Positions 35,641 to 47,800 of a stretch of DNA of 64,000 nucleotides are shown here, piece after piece. The first letter of the stretch is position 1. Each line of letters begins with the position of its first letter. The notes under the pieces are model-generated. The model worked only from the letters and a program-made list of their open reading frames with translations, had not been told where the DNA came from and made no database searches. Source of the DNA: Eledone cirrhosa. Lineage: Eukaryota. Made by a program: the position numbers and the translations under genes. The stretch spans positions 133,424,001 to 133,488,000 of the forward strand of contig OZ024744.1 in NCBI GenBank assembly GCA_964016885.1, read 5' to 3'.

Positions 35641-37989
35641 GGGTTAAGTTGGGGTTAAGTTAAGTTAGGGTTAAGTTAAGTTGGGGTTAAGTTGAGTTGG
35701 GGTTAAGTTAAGTTGCGGTTAATTTAAGTTGGGGTTAATTTAAGTTGGGGTTAAGTTAAGTTGGGGTTAATTTAAGTTGGGGTTAAGTTAAGTTGGGGTT
35801 AAGTTAAGTTGGGGTTAAGTTAAGTTGGGGTTAAATTAAGTTGGGGTTAAGTTAAGTTGGGGTTAAGTTAAGTTGGGGTTAAGTTAAGATGGGGTTAAGT
35901 TAAGTTGGGGTTAAGTTGGGGTTAAGTTAAGTTAGGGTTAAGTTAAGTTGGGGTTGAGTTAAGTTGGGGTTAAGTTAAGTGGTGGTTATGTTAAGTTGGG
36001 GTTAAGTTAAGTTGGGGTTAATTTAAATTGGGGTTAAGTTAACTTTGTGGTTAAGTTAAGTTGGGGTTAAGTTAAGTTGGGGTTAAGTTAAGTTGGGGCT
36101 GAGTTAAGTTGGGGATGAGTGAAGTTGGGGTTAAGTTAAGTTGGGGTTAAGTTAAGTTGGCGTTAAGTTAAGTTGGGTTTGAGTTAAGTTGGGGTTGAGT
36201 TAATTTAGGGTTAAGTTAAGTTGGGGTTAAGTTAAGTTGGGTTTCAGTTAAGTTGGGGTTAAGTTAAGTTGGGGTCAAGTTAAGTTGGGGTTAAGTTAAG
36301 TTGGGGTTAAGTCAAGTTGGGGTTAAGTTAAGTTAGGGTTAATTTAGTTGGGGTTAAGTTAAGTTGGGGCTAAGTTAAGTTGGGGCTAAGTTAAGTTGGG
36401 GCTAAGTTAAGTTGGGGTTAAGTTAAGTTGGGGTTAAGTTAAGGTGGGGTTAATTTAAGTTGGGGTCAACTTAAATTGGGGTTAAGTTAAGTTGGGGTTA
36501 AGTTAAGTTGGGGTTAAGTTAAGTTGGGGTTAAGTTAAGTTGGGGTTAAGTTAAGTTGGGGCTAAGTTAAGTTGGGGCTGAGTTAAGTTGGGGCTGAGTT
36601 AAGTTGGGGTTAAGTTAAGTTGGGGTTGAGTTAAGTTGGGGTTAAGTTAAGTTGGGGTTAAGTTAAGTTGGGGTTAAGTTAAGTTGGGGTTAAGTTAAGT
36701 TGGGGTTGAGTTAACTTGGGGTTAAGTTAAGTTGGGGTTAAGTTAAGTTGGGGTTCAGTTAAGTTGGGGTTAAGTTAAATTGGGGTTAAGTTAAGTTGGG
36801 GTTAAGTTAAGTTGGGGTTAAGTTAAGTTGGGGTTAAGTTAGATTGTGGTTAAGTTAAGTTGGGGTTAATTTAAGTTTGGGTTAAGTTAAGTTGGGGTTA
36901 AGTTAAGGCGGGGTTAAGTTGAGTTGGGGTTAAGTTAAGTTGGGGTTAAGTTAAGTTGGGGGTACTTAAGTTGGGTTTAAGTTAAGTGGGGTTAAGTTAA
37001 GTTGGGGTTAAGTTAAGTTGGGGTTAAGTTAAGTTGGGGTTAAGTTAGGTTGTGGTTAAGTTAAGTTGGGGGTAAGTTAAGTTGGGGGTAAGTTAAGTTG
37101 GGGTTAATTTAAGTTGGGTCTAATTAAGTTGGGGTTAAGTTAAGTTGGGGTTAAGTTAAGTTGGGGTTGAGTTAATTTGGGGTTAACTTAAGTTGGGGGT
37201 ACTTAAGTTGGGTTTAAGTTAAGTGGGGTTAAGTTAAGTTGGGGTTAAGTTAAGTTGGGGTTAAGTTAAGTTGGGGGTAAGTTAAGTTGGGGGTAAGTTA
37301 AGTTGGGGTTAATTTAAGTTGGGTCAAATTAAGTTGGGGTTAAGTTAAGTTGGGGTTAAGTTAAGTTGGCGTTAAATTAAGTTGGGGTTAAGTTAAGTTG
37401 GGGTTAAATTAAGTTGGGGTTAAGTTAAGTTGGGGTTAAGTTAAGTTGGGGTTAAGTTAAGTTGGGGGTAAGTTAAGTTGGTGGTAAGTTAAGTTGGGGG
37501 TAAGTTAAGATGGGGTAAGTTAAGTTGGGTTTAAGTTAATTTGGGGTTAAGTTAGGGTTAAGTTAAGTTGGGGTTGAGTTAAGTTGGGGTTGAGTTAAGT
37601 TGGGGTTAAGTTGAGTTGGGGTTCAGTTAAGTTGCGGTTGATTTAAGTTGGGGTTAAGTTAAGTTGGGGTTAAGTTAAGTTGGGGTTAAGTTAAGTTGGG
37701 GTTAATTTAAGTTGGGGTTAAGTTAAGTTGGGGTTAAATTAAGTTGGGGTTAAGATAAGTTGGGGTTAAGTTAAGTTGGGGTTGAGTTAAGTTGGGGTTG
37801 AGTTAATTTGGGGTTAACTTAAGTTGGGGGTACTTAAGTAGGATTTAAGTTAAGTGGGGTTAAGTTAGGTTGTGGTTAAGTTAAGTTGGGGGTAAGTTAA
37901 GTTGGGGGTAAGTTAAGTTGGGGTTAATTTAAGTTGGGTCTAATTAAGTTGGGGTTAAGTTAAGTTGGGGTTAAGTTAAGTTGGGGTTA

Positions 37990-40360
37990 AATTAAGTTGG
38001 GGTTAAGTTAAGTTGAGGTTAAATTAAGTTGGGGTTAAGTTAAGTTGGGGTTAAGTTAAGTTGGGGTTAAATTAAGTTGGGGTTAAGTTAAGTTGAGGTT
38101 AAATTAAGTTGGGGTTAAGTTAAGTTGGGGTTAAGTTAAGTTGGGGTTAAGTTAAGTTGGGGTTAAATTAAGTTGGGGTTAAATTAAGTTGGGGTTAAGT
38201 TAAGTTGGGGGTAAGTTAAGTTGGGGGCAAGTTAAGTTGGGGTTAATTTAAGTTGGGGTTAAATTAAGTTGGGGTTAAGTTAAGTTGGGGTTAAGTTAAG
38301 TGGTGGTTATGTTAAGTTGGGGTTAAGTTAAGTTGGGGTTGAGTTAAGTTGGGGTTGAGTGAAGTTGGGGTTAAGTTAAGTTGGGGTTAATTTATGTTGG
38401 GTTTAAGTTAAGTCGGGGTTAAGTTAAGTTGGGGTTGAGTTAAGTTGGGGTTAATTTAAGTTGGGGCTAAGTTAATTTGTGGTTAAGTTAAGTTGGGGTT
38501 AAGTTAAGTTGGGGTTAAGTTAAGTTGGGGTTAAGTTAGGTTGTGGTTAATTTAAGTTGGGTCTAATTAAGTTGGGGTTAAGTTAAGTTGGGGTTAAGTT
38601 AAGTTGGGGTTGAGTTAATTTGGGGTTAACTTAAGTTGGGGGTACTTAAGTTGGGTTTAAGTTAAGTGGGGTTAAGTTAAGTTGGGGTTAAGTTAAGTTG
38701 GGGTTAAGTTAAGTTGGGGGTAAGTTAAGTTGGGGGTAAGTTAAGTTGGGGTTAATTTAAGTTGGGTCAAATTAAGTTGGGGTTAATTTAAGTTGGGGTT
38801 AAGTTAAGTTGGAGTTAAATTAAGTTGGGGTTAAGTTAAGTTGGGGTTAAATTAAGTTGGGGTTAAGTTAAGTTGGGGTTAAGTTAAGTTGGGGTTAAGT
38901 TAAGTTGGGGGTAAGTTAAGTTGGTGGTAAGTTAAGTTGGGGGTAAGTTAAGATGGGGTTAAGTTAAGTTGGGGTTAAGTTAATTTGGGGTTAGGGTTAA
39001 GTTAAGTTGGGTTGAGTTAAGTTGGGGTTAAATTAAGATGGGGTTAAGTTAAGTTGGGGTTAAGTTGGGGTTAAGTTAAGTTAGGGTTAAGTTAAGTTGG
39101 GGTTAAGTTGAGTTGGGGTTAAGTTAAGTTGCGGTTAATTTAAGTTGGGGTTAATTTAAGTTGGGGTTAAGTTAAGTTGGGGTTAAGTTAAGTTGAGGTT
39201 AAATTAAGTTGGGGTTAAGTTAAGTTGGGGTTAAGTTAAGTTGGGGTTAAATTAAGTTGGGGTTAAGTTAAGTTGAGGTTAAATTAAGTTGGGGTTAAGT
39301 TAAGTTGGGGTTAAGTTAAGTTGGGGTTAAGTTAAGTTGGGGTTAAATTAAGTTGGGGTTAAATTAAGTTGGGGTTAAGTTAAGTTGGGGGTAAGTTAAG
39401 TTGGGGGCAAGTTAAGTTGGGGTTAATTTAAGTTGGGGTTAAATTAAGTTGGGGTTAAGTTAAGTTGGGGTTAAATTAAGTGGTGGTTATGTTAAGTTGG
39501 GGTTAAGTTAAGTTGGGGTTGAGTTAAGTTGGGGTTGAGTGAAGTTGGGGTTAAGTTAAGTTGGGGTTAATTTATGTTGGGTTTAAGTTAAGTCGGGGTT
39601 AAGTTAAGTTGGGGTTGAGTTAAGTTGGGGTTAATTTAAGTTGGGGCTAAGTTAATTTGTGGTTAAGTTAAGTTGGGGTTAAGTTAAGTTGGGGTTAAGT
39701 TAAGTTGGGGTTAAGTTAGGTTGTGGTTAATTTAAGTTGGGTCTAATTAAGTTGGGGTTAAGTTAAGTTGGGGTTAAGTTAAGTTGGGGTTGAGTTAATT
39801 TGGGGTTAACTTAAGTTGGGGGTACTTAAGTTGGGTTTAAGTTAAGTGGGGTTAAGTTAAGTTGGGGTTAAGTTAAGTTGGGGTTAAGTTAAGTTGGGGG
39901 TAAGTTAAGTTGGGGGTAAGTTAAGTTGGGGTTAATTTAAGTTGGGTCAAATTAAGTTGGGGTTAATTTAAGTTGGGGTTAAGTTAAGTTGGAGTTAAAT
40001 TAAGTTGGGGTTAAGTTAAGTTGGGGTTAAATTAAGTTGGGGTTAAGTTAAGTTGGGGTTAAGTTAAGTTGGGGTTAAGTTAAGTTGGGGGTAAGTTAAG
40101 TTGGTGGTAAGTTAAGTTGGGGGTAAGTTAAGATGGGGTTAAGTTAAGTTGGGGTTAAGTTAATTTGGGGTTAGGGTTAAGTTAAGTTGGGTTGAGTTAA
40201 GTTGGGGTTAAATTAAGATGGGGTTAAGTTAAGTTGGGGTTAAGTTGGGGTTAAGTTAAGTTAGGGTTAAGTTAAGTTGGGGTTAAGTTGAGTTGGGGTT
40301 AAGTTAAGTTGCGGTTAATTTAAGTTGGGGTTAATTTAAGTTGGGGTTAAGTTAAGTTGG
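37990..40360 (+). repeat. 1180-bp local tandem duplication, present only in copy 1 of the large duplication
   Basis: 'ttgggggcaag' C is at 38228 and 39408, and 'ggggttagggtt' is at 38991 and 40171. The partner region has a single copy (62084, ~62847). Confidence 0.85.
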
Positions 40361-41859
40361 GGTGAAGTTAAGTTGGGGTTAAGTTAAGTTGGGGTTAAGT
40401 TAAGTTGGGGTTTAGTTAAGTTGGGGTTAAATTAAGTTGGGGTTAAGTTAAGTTGGGGTTAAGTTAAGTTGGGGTTAAGTTAAGATGGGGTTAAGTTAAG
40501 TTGGGGTTAAGTTGGGGTTAAGTTAAGTTAGGGTTAAGTTAAGTTGGGGTTGAGTTAAGTTGGGGTTAAGTTAAGTGGTGGTTATGTTAAGTTGGGGTTA
40601 AGTTAAGTTGGGGTTAATTTAAATTGGGGTTAAGTTAACTTTGTGGTTAAGTTAAGTTGGGGTTAAGTTAAGTTGGGGTTAAGTTAAGTTGGGGCTGAGT
40701 TAAGTTGGGGATGAGTGAAGTTGGGGTTAAGTTAAGTTGGGGTTAAGTTAAGTTGGCGTTAAGTTAAGTTGGGTTTGAGTTAAGTTGGGGTTGAGTTAAT
40801 TTAGGGTTAAGTTAAGTTGGGGTTAAGTTAAGTTGGGTTTCAGTTAAGTTGGGGTTAAGTTAAGTTGGGGTCAAGTTAAGTTGGGGTTAAGTTAAGTTGG
40901 GGTTAAGTCAAGTTGGGGTTAAGTTAAGTTAGGGTTAATTTAGTTGGGGTTAAGTTAAGTTGGGGCTAAGTTAATTTGGGGCTAAGTTAAGTTGGGGCTA
41001 AGTTAAGTTGGGGTTAAGTTAAGTTGGGATTAAGTTAAGGTGGGGTTAATTTAAGTTGGGGTCAACTTAAATTGGGGTTAAGTTAAGTTGGGGTTAAGTT
41101 AAGTTGGGGTTAAATTAAGTTGGGGTTAAGTTAAGTTGGGGTTAAGTTAAGTTGGGGCTAAGTTAAGTTGGGGCTGAGTTAAGTTGGGGCTGAGTTAAGT
41201 TGGGGTTAAGTTAAGTTGGGGTTGAGTTAAGTTGGGGTTAAGTTAAGTTGGGGTTAAGTTAAGTTGGGGTTAAGTTGGGGTTAAGTTAAGTTAGGGTTAA
41301 GTTAAGTTGGGGTTGAGTTAAGTTGGGGTTAAGTTAAGTGGTGGTTATGTTAAGTTGGGGTTAAGTTAAGTTGGGGTTAATTTAAATTGGGGTTAAGTTA
41401 ACTTTGTGGTTAAGTTAAGTTGGGGTTAAGTTAAGTTGGGGTTCAGTTAAGTTGGTGTTAAGTTAAATTGGGGTTAAGTTAAGTTGGGGTTAAGTTAAGT
41501 TGGGGTTAAGTTAAGTTGGGGTTAAGTTAGATTGTGGTTAAGTTAAGTTGGGGTTAAGTTAAGTTGGCGTTAAGTTAAGTTGGGGTTAAGTTAAGTTGGG
41601 GGTAAGTTAAGTTGGGGGTAAGTTAAGTTGGGGTTAATTTAAGTTGGGTCAAATTAAGTTGGGGTTAAGTTAAGTTGGTGTTAAGTTAAGTTGGCGTTAA
41701 ATTAAGTTGGGGTTAAGTTAAGTTGGGGTTAAATTAAGTTGGGGTTAAGTTAAGTTGGGGTTAAGTTAAGTTGGGGTTAAGTTAAGTTGGGGGTAAGTTA
41801 AGTTGGTGGTAAGTTAAGTTGGGGGTAAGTTAAGATGGGGTAAGTTAAGTTGGGGCTGA

Positions 41860-44800
41860 GTTAAGTTGGGGCTGAGTTAAGTTGGGGTTAAGTTAAGTTG
41901 GGGTTAAGTTAAGTTGGGGTTGAGTTAACTTGGGGTTAAGTTAAGTTGGGGCTAAGTTAAGTTGGGGTTCAGTTAAGTTGGGGTTAAGTTAAATTGGGGT
42001 TAAGTTAAGTTGGGGTTAAGTTAAGTTGGGGTTAAGTTAAGTTGGGGTTAAGTTAGATTGTGGTTAAGTTAAGTTGGGGTTAATTTAAGTTTGGGTTAAG
42101 TTAAGTTGGGGTTAAGTTAAGGCGGGGTTAAGTTGAGTTGGGGTTAAGTTAAGTTGGGGTTAAGTTAAGTTGGGGTTGAGTTAATTTGGGGTTAACTTAA
42201 GTTGGGGGTACTTAAGTTGGGTTTAAGTTAAGTGGGGTTAAGTTAAGTTGGGGTTAAGTTAAGTTGGGGTTAAGTTAAGTTGGGGTTAAGTTAGGTTGTG
42301 GTTAAGTTAAGTTGGGGGTAAGTTAAGTTGGGGGTAAGTTAAGTTGGGGTTAATTTAAGTTGGGTCTAATTAAGTTGGGGTTAAGTTAAGTTGGGGTTAA
42401 GTTAAGTTGGGGTTGAGTTAATTTGGGGTTAACTTAAGTTGGGGGTACTTAAGTTGGGTTCAAGTTAAGTGGGGTTAAGTTAAGTTGGGGTTAAGTTAAG
42501 TTGGGGTTAAGTTAAGTTGGGGGTAAGTTAAGTTGGGGTTAATTTAAGTTGGGTCAAATTAAGTTGGGGTTAAGTTAAGTTGGGGTTAAGTTAAGTTGGC
42601 GTTAAATTAAGTTGGGGTTAAGTTAAGTTGGGGTTAAATTAAGTTGGGGTTAAGTTAAGTTGGGGTTAAGTTAAGTTGGGGTGAAGTTAAGTTGGGGGTA
42701 AGTTAAGTTGGTGGTAAGTTAAGTTGGGGGTAAGTTAAGATGGGGTAAGTTAAGTTGGGGTTAAGTTAATTTGGGGTTAAGTTAGGGTTAAGTTAAGTTG
42801 GGGTTGAGTTAAGTTGGGGTTAAGTTAAGTTGGGGTTATGTTAAGTTGGAGTTAAGTTAAGTTGGGGTTAAGTTGAGTTGGGGTTCAGTTAAGTTGCGGT
42901 TGATTTAAGTTGGGGTTAAGTTAAGTTGGGGTTAAGTTAAGTTGGGGTTAAGTTAAGTTGGGGTTAATTTAAGTTGGGGTTAAGTTAAGTTGGGGTTAAG
43001 TTAAGTTGGGGTTAAGTTAAGTTGGGGTTAAGTTAAGTTGGGGTTAAATTAAGTTGGGGTTAAGTTAAGTTGGGGTTAAATTAAGTTGGGGTTAAGATAA
43101 GTTGGGGTTAAGTTAAGTTGGGGTTGAGTTAAGTTGGGGTTGAGTTAATTTGGGGTTAACTTAAGTTGGGGGTACTTAGGTAGGATTTAAGTTAAGTGGG
43201 GTTAAGTTAGGTTGTGGTTAAGTTAAGTTGGTGTTAAGTTAAGTTGGGGTTAATTTAAGTTGGGGGTAAGTTAAGTTGGGGGTAAGTTAAGTTGGGGTTA
43301 ATTTAAGTTGGGTCTAATTAAGTTGGGGTTAAGTTAAGTTGGGGTTAAGTTAAGTTGGGGTTAAATTAAGTTGGGGTTAAGTTAAGTTGGGGTTAAGTTA
43401 AGTTGGGGTTAAATTAAGTTGGGGTTAAGTTAAGTTGAGGTTAAATTAAGTTGGGGTTAAGTTAAGTTGGGGTTAAGTTAAGTTGGGGTTAAGTTAAGTT
43501 GGGGTTAAGTTAAGTGGTGGTTATGTTAAGTTGGGGTTAAGTTAAGTTGGGGTTGAGTTAAGTTGGGGTTGAGTTAAGTTGGGGTTGAGTTAAGTTGGGG
43601 TTGAGTTAAGTTGGGGTTGAGTGAAGTTGGGGTTAAGTTAAGTTGGGGTTAATTTATGTTGGGGTTAAGTTAAGTCGGGGTTAAGTTAAGTTGGGGTTAA
43701 GTTAAGTTGGGGTTAAGTTAAATTGGGGTTGAGTTAAGTTGGGGTTGAGTTAATTTAGGGTTAAGTTAAGTTGGGGTTAAGTTAAGTTGGGGTTAAGTTA
43801 GATTGTGGTTAAGTTAAGTTGGGGTTAATTTAAGTTTGGGTTAAGTTAAGTTGGGGTTAAGTTAAGGCGGGGTTAAGTTGAGTTGGGGTTAAGTTAAGTT
43901 GGGGTTGAGTTAATTTGGGGTTAACTTAAGTTGGGGGTACTTAAGTTGGGTTTAAGTTAAGTGGGGTTAAGTTAAGTTGGGGTTAAGTTAAGTTGGGGTT
44001 AAGTTAAGTTGGGGTTAAGTTAGGTTGTGGTTAAGTTAAGTTGGGGGTAAGTTAAGTTGGGGGTAAGTTAAGTTGGGGTTAAGTTGAGTTGGGGTTGAGT
44101 TGGGGTTAAGTTAAGTTAGGGTTAAGTTAAGTTGGGGTTAAGTTGAGTTGGGGTTAAGTTAAGTTGCGGTTAATTTAAGTTGGGGTTAATTTAAGTTGGG
44201 GTTAAGTTAAGTTGGGGTGAAGTTAAGTTGGGGTTAAGTTAAGTTGGGGTTAAGTTAAGTTGGGGTTAAGTTAAGTTGGGGTTAAATTAAGTTGGGGTTA
44301 AGTTAAGTTGGGGTTAAGTTAAGTTGGGGTTAAGTTAAGATGGGGTTAAGTTAAGTTGGGGTTAAGTTGGGGTTAAGTTAAGTTAGGGTTAAGTTAAGTT
44401 GCGGTTGAGTTAAGTTGGGGTTAAGCTAAGTGGTGGTTATGTTAAGTTGGGGTTAAGTTAAGTTGGGGTTAATTTAAATTGGGGTTAAGTTAACTTTGTG
44501 GTTAAGTTAAGTTGGGGTTAAGTTAAGTTGGGGTTAAGTTAAGTTGGGGCTGAGTTAAGTTGGGGATGAGTGAAGTTGGGGTTAAGTTAAGTTGGGGTTA
44601 AGTTAAGTTGTCGTTAAGTTAAGTTGGGTTTGAGTTAAGTTGGGGTTGAGTTAATTTAGGGTTAATTTAAGTTGGGGTTAAGTTAAGTTGGGTTTCAGTT
44701 AAGTTGGGGTTAAGTTAAGTTGGGGTCAAGTTAAGTTGGGGTTAAGTTAAGTTGGGGTTAAGTCAAGTTGGGGTTAAGTTAAGTTAGGGTTAATTTAGTT

Positions 44801-47800
44801 GGGGTTAAGTTAAGTTGGGGCTAAGTTAAGTTGGGGCTAAGTTAAGTTGGGGCTAAGTTAAGTTGGGGTTAAGTTAAGTTGGGGTTAAGTTAAGGTGGGG
44901 TTAATTTAAGTTGGGGCTGAGTTAAGTTGGGGCTGAGTTAAGTTGGGGTTAAGTTAAGTTGGGGTTGAGTTAAGTTGGGGTTAAGTTAAGTGGGGTTAAG
45001 TTAAGTTGGGGCTAAGTTAAGTTGGGGCTGAGTTAAGTTGGGGCTGAGTTAAGTTGGGGTTAAGTTAAGTTGGGGTTAAGTTAAGTTGGGGTTGAGTTAA
45101 CTTGGGGTTAAGTTAAGTTGGGGTTAAGTTAAGTTGGGGTTCAGTTAAGTTGGGGTTAAGTTAAATTGGGGTTAAGTTAAGTTGGGGTTAAGTTAAGTTG
45201 GGGTTAAGTTAAGTTGGGGTTAAGTTAGATTGTGGTTAAGTTAAGTTGGGGTTAATTTAAGTTTGGGTTAAGTTAAGTTGGGGTTAAGTTAAGGCGGGGT
45301 TAAGTTGAGTTGGGGTTAAGTTAAGTTGGGGTTAAGTTAAGTTGGGGTTGAGTTAATTTGGGGTTAACTTAAGTTGGGGGTACTTAAGTTGGGTTTAAGT
45401 TAAGTGGGGTTAAGTTAAGTTGGGGTTAAGTTAAGTTGGGGTTAAGTTAGGTTGTGGTTAAGTTAAGTTGGGGGTAAGTTAAGTTGGGGGTAAGTTAAGT
45501 TGGGGTTAATTTAAGTTGGGTCTAATTAAGTTGGGGTTAAGTTAAGTTGGGGTTAAGTTAAGTTGGGGTTGAGTTAATTTGGGGTTAACTTAAGTTGGGG
45601 GTACTTAAGTTGGGTTCAAGTTAAGTGGGGTTAAGTTAAGTTGGGGTTAAGTTAAGTTGGGGTTAAGTTAAGTTGGGGGTAAGTTAAGTTGGGGTTAATT
45701 TAAGTTGGGTCAAATTAAGTTGGGGTTAAGTTAAGTTGGGGTTAAGTTAAGTTGGCGTTAAATTAAGTTGGGGTTAAGTTAAGTTGGGGTTAAATTAAGT
45801 TGGGGTTAAGTTAAGTTGGGGTTAAGTTAAGTTGGGGTGAAGTTAAGTTGGGGGTAAGTTAAGTTGGTGGTAAGTTAAGTTGGGGGTAAGTTAAGATGGG
45901 GTAAGTTAAGTTGGGGTTAAGTTAATTTGGGGTTAAGTTAGGGTTAAGTTAAGTTGGGGTTGAGTTAAGTTGGGGTTAAGTTAAGTTGGGGTTATGTTAA
46001 GTTGGAGTTAAGTTAAGTTGGGGTTAAGTTGAGTTGGGGTTCAGTTAAGTTGCGGTTGATTTAAGTTGGGGTTAAGTTAAGTTGGGGTTAAGTTAAGTTG
46101 GGGTTAAGTTAAGTTGGGGTTAATTTAAGTTGGGGTTAAGTTAAGTTGGGGTTAAGTTAAGTTGGGGTTAAGTTAAGTTGGGGTTAAGTTAAGTTGGGGT
46201 TAAATTAAGTTGGGGTTAAGTTAAGTTGGGGTTAAATTAAGTTGGGGTTAAGATAAGTTGGGGTTAAGTTAAGTTGGGGTTGAGTTAAGTTGGGGTTGAG
46301 TTAATTTGGGGTTAACTTAAGTTGGGGGTACTTAGGTAGGATTTAAGTTAAGTGGGGTTAAGTTAGGTTGTGGTTAAGTTAAGTTGGTGTTAAGTTAAGT
46401 TGGGGTTAATTTAAGTTGGGGGTAAGTTAAGTTGGGGGTAAGTTAAGTTGGGGTTAATTTAAGTTGGGTCTAATTAAGTTGGGGTTAAGTTAAGTTGGGG
46501 TTAAGTTAAGTTGGGGTTAAATTAAGTTGGGGTTAAGTTAAGTTGGGGTTAAGTTAAGTTGGGGTTAAATTAAGTTGGGGTTAAGTTAAGTTGAGGTTAA
46601 ATTAAGTTGGGGTTAAGTTAAGTTGGGGTTAAGTTAAGTTGGGGTTAAGTTAAGTTGGGGTTAAGTTAAGTGGTGGTTATGTTAAGTTGGGGTTAAGTTA
46701 AGTTGGGGTTGAGTTAAGTTGGGGTTGAGTTAAGTTGGGGTTGAGTTAAGTTGGGGTTGAGTTAAGTTGGGGTTGAGTGAAGTTGGGGTTAAGTTAAGTT
46801 GGGGTTAATTTATGTTGGGGTTAAGTTAAGTCGGGGTTAAGTTAAGTTGGGGTTAAGTTAAGTTGGGGTTAAGTTAAATTGGGGTTGAGTTAAGTTGGGG
46901 TTGAGTTAATTTAGGGTTAAGTTAAGTTGGGGTTAAGTTAAGTTGGGGTTAAGTTAGATTGTGGTTAAGTTAAGTTGGGGTTAATTTAAGTTTGGGTTAA
47001 GTTAAGTTGGGGTTAAGTTAAGGCGGGGTTAAGTTGAGTTGGGGTTAAGTTAAGTTGGGGTTGAGTTAATTTGGGGTTAACTTAAGTTGGGGGTACTTAA
47101 GTTGGGTTTAAGTTAAGTGGGGTTAAGTTAAGTTGGGGTTAAGTTAAGTTGGGGTTAAGTTAAGTTGGGGTTAAGTTAGGTTGTGGTTAAGTTAAGTTGG
47201 GGGTAAGTTAAGTTGGGGGTAAGTTAAGTTGGGGTTAATTTAAGTTGGGTCTAATTAAGTTGGGGTTAAGTTAAGTTGGGGTTAAGTTGAGTTGGGGTTG
47301 AGTTGGGGTTAAGTTAAGTTAGGGTTAAGTTAAGTTGGGGTTAAGTTGAGTTGGGGTTAAGTTAAGTTGCGGTTAATTTAAGTTGGGGTTAATTTAAGTT
47401 GGGGTTAAGTTAAGTTGGGGTGAAGTTAAGTTGGGGTTAAGTTAAGTTGGGGTTAAGTTAAGTTGGGGTTAAGTTAAGTTGGGGTTAAATTAAGTTGGGG
47501 TTAAGTTAAGTTGGGGTTAAGTTAAGTTGGGGTTAAGTTAAGATGGGGTTAAGTTAAGTTGGGGTTAAGTTGGGGTTAAGTTAAGTTAGGGTTAAGTTAA
47601 GTTGCGGTTGAGTTAAGTTGGGGTTAAGCTAAGTGGTGGTTATGTTAAGTTGGGGTTAAGTTAAGTTGGGGTTAATTTAAATTGGGGTTAAGTTAACTTT
47701 GTGGTTAAGTTAAGTTGGGGTTAAGTTACGTTGGGGTTAAGTTAAGTTGGGGCTGAGTTAAGTTGGGGATGAGTGAAGTTGGGGTTAAGTTAAGTTGGGG

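Larger units (their letters stand above)
24270..41324 (+). repeat. Copy 1 of a ~16-17-kb segmental duplication (partner 48100-64000)
   Basis: Offset 23829 holds for markers 24332/48161, 26817/50646, 30020/53849, 30052/53881, 34205/58034 and 36043/59872. The offset is 23856 at 38228/62084 and 22676 at 40639/63315. Confidence 0.9.
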
